From Alphaproteobacteria bacterium (GTDB lineage: Bacteria > Pseudomonadota > Alphaproteobacteria > Bin95): 64,000 nt of DNA. The notes under the pieces are model-generated. The model saw only the letters and a program-made list of their open reading frames with translations, had not been told where the DNA came from and made no database searches. A program made the position numbers and the translations under genes. Shown here piece by piece: positions 57,453 to 64,000 of this stretch. Where the stretch lies: NCBI GenBank assembly GCA_963665325.3, contig OZ224045.1, forward strand, positions 576,001 through 640,000, read 5' to 3'. Within the stretch, counting starts at the first letter, position 1, and each line of letters opens with the position of its first letter.

Positions 57453-58656
57453 AGCCACCGGCTAGCAGCAACAGCTTCGCACCGGCCATGACGGCGGCGC
57501 AGGCGAGGCCGACTTCGGCAAGGCCGGCGCCGGCGTCGATTGCGCGCCCGAATGCCGCCGGCGCGAGCGCGCTCGAAAAGACCATCAGCACGAAATAAAC
57601 CGAGCGGATCGCGCCCAGGTGACCGACTCCGTAAACCTCCGCCCAGATGGCGCCCAGCAGGGTCTGCGTCACGCCGCCCGACATGCCGAGAAATGCCATG
57701 AAGAGGAACGCGATCCAGGTCGCCGCGCCCGCCGACAGGGTGAGGCAGGCGGCTATCAGCGGCAATAGCAACGCCGGCAACAGTGCCCGCGCGCCGAAGC
57801 GGTCGATTGCCGGACCCATGGCAAGCGATGTAGCGACCTTGACGACCGCGAAGGCGCTGAAAGCGGCGGCCACGAGCTTCATGTCCCAGCTCCGCTCTGC
57901 GGCCAACGGCACAATATGAAAGGCGAATCCCGTGGACACGAAGGCAGGCACCAGCACCGCCGGCAGGGTCAGCAGGAACCGCCTGTCGCGAAACAGCATG
58001 CTCCAGGCTCCGGAGCGTGCGGACCCGGAGCGGGCGGGCGCCGGCATCCTGGGAAGCAGCAGCATGGCCGACGGCAATATCGCGACGATCAGCAGGATCG
58101 AGGCCGCCCACCAGACTTCGCGCCACCCGAGCCACGCCGCAGCCGCCACGGCAACCGGCGGCAGCAAGGCTTCGCCCAACGGATGCCCGAGCATGACGAT
58201 GCTCAGCGCCTTGCCTCGGTCTCTCTCGAAGTGCCGCGCGGTCGCCGTATGGGCTGTATGGGTGACGAGCCCCTGGCCGAAGAAGCGCAGCCCGCACAAT
58301 GCCACCGTCAATAGGATCGCATTGGCCGCACTCGCCATGAGAGCACAGGCGCCGGCGAGACCGGCGAGGGCGAATGCCGCGTAGCGGCGAAGCGCAATGC
58401 GGTCGATTGCGCGCCCTGCGAATGCGAACGCCGCACCGCTGAGCAGCGTCCCGACCATGTAGAGCGAACCGAAGCCAGCATGGTCAAGCCCGAACTCGGT
58501 GCGAATCGGCGCGCCGAACAGCCCGATATAGAAGGTCTGGCCAAAGCTGGAAAAACAGGCGAGCAGCAGGCCGAACCCGAGAAACGGCGCGTTCGCGACG
58601 ACGAAGCGGAAATAGGAGACCAAGGACCTGACCGGTTGTGTCGGGGGCGTCGACAA
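57439..58656 (-). CDS. MFS transporter
   Basis: About 12 TM segments; SSFGQTFYIGLF; GRAIDR motif. Confidence 0.9.
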   Translation of the reverse strand: MSTPPTQPVRSLVSYFRFVVANAPFLGFGLLLACFSSFGQTFYIGLFGAPIRTEFGLDHAGFGSLYMVGTLLSGAAFAFAGRAIDRIALRRYAAFALAGLAGACALMASAANAILLTVALCGLRFFGQGLVTHTAHTATARHFERDRGKALSIVMLGHPLGEALLPPVAVAAAAWLGWREVWWAASILLIVAILPSAMLLLPRMPAPARSGSARSGAWSMLFRDRRFLLTLPAVLVPAFVSTGFAFHIVPLAAERSWDMKLVAAAFSAFAVVKVATSLAMGPAIDRFGARALLPALLLPLIAACLTLSAGAATWIAFLFMAFLGMSGGVTQTLLGAIWAEVYGVGHLGAIRSVYFVLMVFSSALAPAAFGRAIDAGAGLAEVGLACAAVMAGAKLLLLAGGFNRR

Positions 58657-58706
58657 GCCATAACCGGCCCGCTGGCAAAATGTAACGAGGAAACGGGCGT
58701 AGCTCC

Positions 58707-59492
58707 ATGTCGCACTCCGAATCGCTGTTCGATCTCACCGGCGAGGTCGCCGTCGTCACGGGCTCTACCAAGGGCATCGGCAAGGCTATTGCCTGCCGCA
58801 TGGCCGAGGCCGGGGCCAATGTCGTGGTGTCTTCGCGCAAGGCCGACGCCTGCGAGGCCGTGACGGCCGAAATCAACGAAAAATGGGCGCGCAACGGGGC
58901 CGAGGCCATCTCCTGCCCTACTCATGTCGGACACAAGGAGGAGCTGCAGAATCTGGTCGATTGCGCCGTCGAACGCTGGGGCAGGCTCACCATCGCCGTG
59001 CCCAACGCCGCCGCGAATCCCTATTACGGGCCGATAGCCGGAATACCCGACTCTGCGTTCGACAAGATCATGGAGACGAATATCCGCTCCACCCACTGGC
59101 TGTGCACACTCGCGCTGCCGCATATGGAGGCCGCCGGCAGGGGATCGATCATCATCATTGCGTCGATTGCGGGCCTGAAGGGCAATACCACGCTCGGGGC
59201 CTACGCGATCTCGAAGGTTGCGGAGCACCAGATCGCCCGCAATATCGCCGTGGAATACGGGCCGCAGAACATCCGGGCCAATGCGATTGCACCGGGACTC
59301 ATCAAGACCGATTTCGCTAAAGCGCTGTGGACCGACCCGGTCCGGCTTGACGGCGTCAACCAGATGCTGCCGCTCAGGCGGATAGGGGACCCGGACGAGG
59401 TCGGCTCCGTCGCCGTCTTCCTCGCCAGCCGGGCTGCATCCTATGTCACCGGCCAGGTTATCAATGTGTGCGGCGGCGCAGCCGTTGTCTGA
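58707..59492 (+). CDS. SDR-family oxidoreductase (DHRS4-like)
   Basis: TGSTKGIG; YAISK; NAIAPGLIKTDF. Confidence 0.92.
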   Translation: MSHSESLFDLTGEVAVVTGSTKGIGKAIACRMAEAGANVVVSSRKADACEAVTAEINEKWARNGAEAISCPTHVGHKEELQNLVDCAVERWGRLTIAVPNAAANPYYGPIAGIPDSAFDKIMETNIRSTHWLCTLALPHMEAAGRGSIIIIASIAGLKGNTTLGAYAISKVAEHQIARNIAVEYGPQNIRANAIAPGLIKTDFAKALWTDPVRLDGVNQMLPLRRIGDPDEVGSVAVFLASRAASYVTGQVINVCGGAAVV

Positions 59493-59499
59493 CAGGCCG

Positions 59500-60453
59500 A
59501 TGCGGATCGCAGTAGCCGGCCTCGGCGCGATGGGCGGCATGATTGCCGCCCTGCTCTCACGCGGCGGCGCGGAGGTATCGGGCCTTGCCCGGGGCGCGAC
59601 CCTAGAGGCGGTCCGGTCGCGCGGCCTGGTCCTGGACTTAAAGGGCGAACGGTACCAGGCGCCGATCACCGTCGATGACGACCCTGCGGCGCTGGGCGTC
59701 CAGGATGCGGTGATTATCGCCGTCAAGGAGCCGGCCCTGGCGGGGCTGGCGCCTTCGCTCGCCCCACTGATCGGTCCGGAGACGGCAATCGTCACCGCGA
59801 TGAACGGGCTGTCCTGGTGGTTCTTTCACGGTGCGGGCGACCGGCGGATCGCCTGCCTGGACCCGGAGGGCCGGATCGAGGCTGCGCTTCCCTCGCACCA
59901 GGCAGTCGGGGCTGTGCTGCACCTCTGGGCGACTGTGCCGGAACCAGGCCGTATCGATGCCGGGCCCGGCGACCGCGTCATTCTTGGCAGCCCCGGCGAG
60001 ACGGACATTTCCCCGTTGGCTGCCGCGTTCGAGGCCGGCGGTTTCCAGGTGCAGCGCTCCGGCGATATCCGCGCGGAAGTCTGGAGCAAGCTGCTCGGCA
60101 ATCTCTCCGGCAACCCCATCAGCGCGGTCACCGGGGCGACGCTCGACCGGATTCTGTCGCCCGACGGCACGCTGGATGTCGCCATGGCGTTGATGGCCGA
60201 AACAACGGCGGTCGGCCGCGCCATCGGCATCGAGCCGGTGATCTCGCTTGAAGCGCGGGTCGAGCTCGGGCGTAGCCTCGGCGCTTTCAAGACCTCCATG
60301 CTTCAGGACTTCGAGAACGGCAAGCCGCCCGAGATCGCCGCATTGATGACATGCGTCAGCGAAATCGGCGCGGCGGAGGGTGTGCCGACGCCGCTGATCG
60401 ACGCGATGGAAGCAGTGGTGACGCTGCGCGCGAAAGCCGCCGGGATCCTCTGA
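59500..60453 (+). CDS. Ketopantoate reductase family protein (ApbA/PanE)
   Basis: GLGAMG; AMNG; WSKLLGN; KTSMLQDFE..KPPE. Confidence 0.88.
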   Translation: MRIAVAGLGAMGGMIAALLSRGGAEVSGLARGATLEAVRSRGLVLDLKGERYQAPITVDDDPAALGVQDAVIIAVKEPALAGLAPSLAPLIGPETAIVTAMNGLSWWFFHGAGDRRIACLDPEGRIEAALPSHQAVGAVLHLWATVPEPGRIDAGPGDRVILGSPGETDISPLAAAFEAGGFQVQRSGDIRAEVWSKLLGNLSGNPISAVTGATLDRILSPDGTLDVAMALMAETTAVGRAIGIEPVISLEARVELGRSLGAFKTSMLQDFENGKPPEIAALMTCVSEIGAAEGVPTPLIDAMEAVVTLRAKAAGIL

Positions 60454-60502
60454 ACCCGGAAGTCGCGCGGGACTCGCGATTCCGCCGCTACAATCGCCAT
60501 CC

Positions 60503-61699
60503 ATGTCGCGACCTTCACCAACCGAGCGGCGCGTCCTGATCTGGATGTGCGTGCTGATCGGCGTCAACCAGCTCGGCTTCGGCGCGATCGTGCCGGTGCT
60601 CCCGCTCTATGCGCAGGCTTTCGGCGTCACGGCGTCGGCAGTTGGCATGGCCGTTGCCATATACGGCCTCGCACGATTCCTCATCGCCATGCCCGTCGGG
60701 CGGCTGTCCGACGCGCTCGGGCGCCGGACCGCGCTGGCGCTTGGCGGATTGCTATCGGCGACGGGCAATCTTTGGTGCGCGTGGGCGGCCGATTTTCCCG
60801 AATTCGTTCTCGCGCGATTCGTCGCCGGCGCGGGCGCAGGCGCGGTTATCACAACGGGTCACGTCGTACTCGCCGACATCACCCGGCCTGAATGGCGGGG
60901 CCGCGCCCTCGGCATCTATCAGGGCACATTCATCTTCTCGGTTGGTATCGGTCCCTTTCCCGGGGGATGGCTGGCCGAGACCTGGGGCCTGGACGCGCCC
61001 TTCGTCGCCTGTGGGCTCGCAAGCCTCATTGCCGGCGCCATCGCCTGGTTCGCGGTCGGCGAGACCCGAGACCTCGCAGGCAATGGAAAAGGAAGCGGCC
61101 CCCGCCCCGACTATCTCCGGCAGTTGCGCCTTGTTTTCTCGAACCGCGCGTTTCTGCTGGTGAGCTGGGTTTCCTTCATCAATGCGTTCTCCCGGACAGG
61201 CGGCCTCTTTACCATCGTGCCAATCCTGGGAGCTTCGCGGCTCGGACTGGGAACGACCGAGATCGGCTTCGGAATTGCGCTCGGCGCCGTTCTCGGCCTG
61301 CTTGCCGCCTGGCCGACCGGTGCGGTGACGGACCGGTTCGGCCGCAAGACGGTGATCGTTCCCGCAACCGCGATTTCAGGCGGCGCAATGCTGTTGTTCG
61401 CGCTTGCGCCATCCTATTTCTGGTTCGCGGCAGCCTGTGCGCTCTGGAGCGTCGCAACATCGGTCGGCGGCGCAGCCCCGGCGGCCTATGCGGCGGACAA
61501 CGCGCCTGCCGGGATGAACGCGGCGGCCATGAGCAGCTTCCGCATGCTCGGCGACGCCGGCTATGTGCTCGGGCCGATCCTTCTGGGCGTCGTCGTGGAC
61601 GCCAGCGGCGAGCATGCCGCCCTCTACCTCGCCGCCGGCCTGCTTGTCGTGGCGGCGCTCGCATTTGCGGGTTTCGCCCGCGAAAGCCACCGTTTGTGA
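60503..61699 (+). CDS. MFS transporter (DHA1-like)
   Basis: PVLPLYA; GRLSDALGRR; DRFGRK. Confidence 0.9.
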   Translation: MSRPSPTERRVLIWMCVLIGVNQLGFGAIVPVLPLYAQAFGVTASAVGMAVAIYGLARFLIAMPVGRLSDALGRRTALALGGLLSATGNLWCAWAADFPEFVLARFVAGAGAGAVITTGHVVLADITRPEWRGRALGIYQGTFIFSVGIGPFPGGWLAETWGLDAPFVACGLASLIAGAIAWFAVGETRDLAGNGKGSGPRPDYLRQLRLVFSNRAFLLVSWVSFINAFSRTGGLFTIVPILGASRLGLGTTEIGFGIALGAVLGLLAAWPTGAVTDRFGRKTVIVPATAISGGAMLLFALAPSYFWFAAACALWSVATSVGGAAPAAYAADNAPAGMNAAAMSSFRMLGDAGYVLGPILLGVVVDASGEHAALYLAAGLLVVAALAFAGFARESHRL

Positions 61700-63225
61700 G
61701 CCCCGCCGAGTCGACCCGCATCAGCGGTCGGCAGTGGCTGATCGTCGTGACGGTGCAGTCCGTCACCCTGCTCTTCGGCATCACGCTCACCAGCGTCACC
61801 GTCATTCTGCCGCAGATGAAAGGGGCGCTGTCGGCGACCCAGGACCAGATTTCCTGGATCCTCACCCTCAACCTCGTCGCGGCGGCCGTTGCCACGCCAC
61901 TGACCGGCTGGCTTGCGGGAAAACTTGGCCAGCGCAACCTTCTGCTCGGCTCGGTGCTCGGTTTCACCGGCGCCTCCGTGTTGTGCGGTTTCGCCACATC
62001 GCTGGAGTCCCTGATCGCGCTCCGCATCGTTCAGGGCGCTTTCGGCGCGCCCATCTTCCCGCTCGGGCAGGCGATCCTGCTCGGCAGCTTCAGCCGGGAG
62101 CAACAACCGTTCGTCGTCATGATGTGGGGCGTCGGCGGCGTGTTCGGACCGATTCTCGGGCCGACTTTCGGCGGCATCGTCGGCGAACTGCTGGACTGGC
62201 GATGGGCCTTCTTCCTGATACTGCCGCTGGGCCTTGCGACCTGCATCCCGATCCTGCTGGCCATCGACCATCGCGAACGCGGCACCGCGCGACGTTTCGA
62301 TGCTGCCGGTTTCGTGATGATCGCGGTCGCCATCGGCGCGACGCAGCTCTTCTTCGACCGCGGCCAGCGCAACGACTGGTTCGACTCGCTGGAGATCGTC
62401 GTCCAGGCCGTGCTGGCGGCAGCGGGCTTCTATCTCTTCCTGGTCCATAGCTGGCTTGCACGCGCTCCGCTGTTCGCACCTGCCGCCTTCACGGATCGCA
62501 ACTTCGTGCTTGGGCTCTTCTTCGCCTTCGCCATGGGCATGCTGCAATTCACGCCCATGGTCCTGTTTCCGCCGCTGCTGCAGGAGTTGCGCGGCTATCC
62601 GGAAGCGGTCGTCGGCTACCTGATCGCAACGCGCGGCGTCGGTAACCTGCTGAGTTTCCTCGTCGTCGCGCAGTTTACCCGCCGTTCGCCGCGCCTCTGC
62701 CTCGCGACCGGCATGGTCATCCAGGCCTGTGCCGGGGTCTGGATGGGATCGCTCGACATCAATCTCCGGAGCGAGGACGTGTTCTGGTCGAACCTGATGC
62801 ACGGCTTCGGCTTCGGCCTCTCCTATACGCCGCTCGCGATTCTGACCTTCTCCACCCTGCCACCGGCCTATCTGACGCAGGGGAATGCAGTGTTCAGCCT
62901 CCTGCGGATGCTGGGCAGCAGCATCTTCATCTCGCTGACCCTGCTGCTGTTCGTGCACACGGCCGCCGAGACGAGAGTCGCCCTGACGAGTCTGGTCAGC
63001 ATTTTCGACTTCGGCCTCGGCGCCCCCTGGCTCGCGCCGTTTGCCGACGCGGACGGAGCTGCCAATGTCGGCCGGCTCGACCGTGCCCTCTATCTCCAGT
63101 CCAGCATGGTCGGATATCTCAACACCTTCCACCTGCTGACCCTGGTGCCGCTTGTCGCTGCGCCGCTCGCATTCCTGTTCGCATCCCGGCGCGCCAATGC
63201 GATTGCCGCAAGCAACCAGTCTTGA
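61696..63225 (+). CDS. DHA2/EmrB-family efflux MFS transporter
   Basis: GALSATQDQISWILT; GPILGPTFGG; DRGQRNDWFDS; GTGA overlap. Confidence 0.9.
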   Translation: MSPAESTRISGRQWLIVVTVQSVTLLFGITLTSVTVILPQMKGALSATQDQISWILTLNLVAAAVATPLTGWLAGKLGQRNLLLGSVLGFTGASVLCGFATSLESLIALRIVQGAFGAPIFPLGQAILLGSFSREQQPFVVMMWGVGGVFGPILGPTFGGIVGELLDWRWAFFLILPLGLATCIPILLAIDHRERGTARRFDAAGFVMIAVAIGATQLFFDRGQRNDWFDSLEIVVQAVLAAAGFYLFLVHSWLARAPLFAPAAFTDRNFVLGLFFAFAMGMLQFTPMVLFPPLLQELRGYPEAVVGYLIATRGVGNLLSFLVVAQFTRRSPRLCLATGMVIQACAGVWMGSLDINLRSEDVFWSNLMHGFGFGLSYTPLAILTFSTLPPAYLTQGNAVFSLLRMLGSSIFISLTLLLFVHTAAETRVALTSLVSIFDFGLGAPWLAPFADADGAANVGRLDRALYLQSSMVGYLNTFHLLTLVPLVAAPLAFLFASRRANAIAASNQS

Positions 63226-63264
63226 TAGACCCCGCAAGCCCTTCATTCCGGAGCCTAGAATTCC

Positions 63265-64000
63265 ATGGTCGAACGAGTGCGAGTCGGACAAAGCCAGGTC
63301 GCCGCCGAGCTGTACGCATTTGTCGAAAACGAGGTTCTGCCGGGTCTCGCCCTTGCGAGCGATGCCTTCTGGCGGGACTTCGATGCGCTGCTGCACGATC
63401 TTGCGCCCGTCAACCGGGACCTGCTCGCCAGCCGCAAGGCGCTGCAGGCGGAAATCGACGCCTGGCACAAGGCCCGGCGCGGCCAGCCCATCGACGCCGA
63501 CGCCTACCGGGCCTTTCTCGCCGAGATCGGCTACCTGGTGCCCGAGGGGCCCGATTTCAGCATAGAGACCTCGCATATCGACGAGGAAATCGCCCGCATG
63601 GCCGGCCCGCAGCTCGTCGTGCCGGTGACCAATGCCCGCTATGCCCTGAATGCGGCCAATGCCCGCTGGGGCAGCCTCTACGACGCGCTTTACGGCACCG
63701 ACGCGATCCCGGAGGACGGCGGCGCAACCCGGGCCGGCGGCTACAACCCGGTGCGCGGCGACAAGGTCATCGCCTGGACCCGCGCCTTCCTGGACGAAGC
63801 GGCGCCGCTCGCCGCCGGCTCGCACAGCGATGTCCTCGCCTACCGGGTAGAGGGGAATGCCCTTGCGGCGGACCTGCCCAATGACGCCGTCGGCCTTGTC
63901 GATCCGGGCCTGTTCGTTGGCTACCGAGGCGACAAAGCGAAGCCCGAGGCGGTGCTGCTCCGGCACAACGGACTGCATATCGAGATTACGATCGACCGCG
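63265..64000 (+). CDS. glcB: Malate synthase G (partial, runs off the window)
   Basis: EIARMAGPQLVVPVTNARYALNAANARWGSLYDALYGTD; HNGLHIEI. Confidence 0.95.
   Translation, partial: MVERVRVGQSQVAAELYAFVENEVLPGLALASDAFWRDFDALLHDLAPVNRDLLASRKALQAEIDAWHKARRGQPIDADAYRAFLAEIGYLVPEGPDFSIETSHIDEEIARMAGPQLVVPVTNARYALNAANARWGSLYDALYGTDAIPEDGGATRAGGYNPVRGDKVIAWTRAFLDEAAPLAAGSHSDVLAYRVEGNALAADLPNDAVGLVDPGLFVGYRGDKAKPEAVLLRHNGLHIEITIDR

Overview
High-GC alphaproteobacterial DNA; the yhdP-like/glnE/bcp synteny and the Calx-beta autotransporter style suggest a Rhodospirillales-like, possibly sponge-associated organism (inference). Positions <1 to ~44,235 are an integrative conjugative element (ICE). From left to right it carries: a leader ORF with an 8-bp tandem repeat overlapping the start of a 1774-aa autotransporter adhesin; a frameshifted FseA-like (DUF6499+DUF2285) activator; an RdfS-like excisionase heading a complete F-type tra operon; TraD and a MOB-F relaxase; an oriT with an F-plasmid-like nic site and a helically phased heptamer array; a minus-strand leading region (DUF2493, DUF4326, SSB, a 7x zinc-ribbon repeat protein); HU and HicAB; and four tandem tyrosine integrases arranged as two paralogous pairs. 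Positions ~44,344-64,000 are ordinary chromosomal metabolic and transport genes. The most notable observations are: (1) a possible three-state repeat/translational-coupling switch on the adhesin; (2) a 24-bp REP-like palindrome inserted in frame in four tra genes; (3) both integrase pairs ending at a CCYG-N9-CGGG palindrome at nearly the same distance from their promoters, one of them a REP and one splitting the other pair's integrase, which suggests REP-targeting nested integration. All calls come from reading motifs by eye; no database searches were run.
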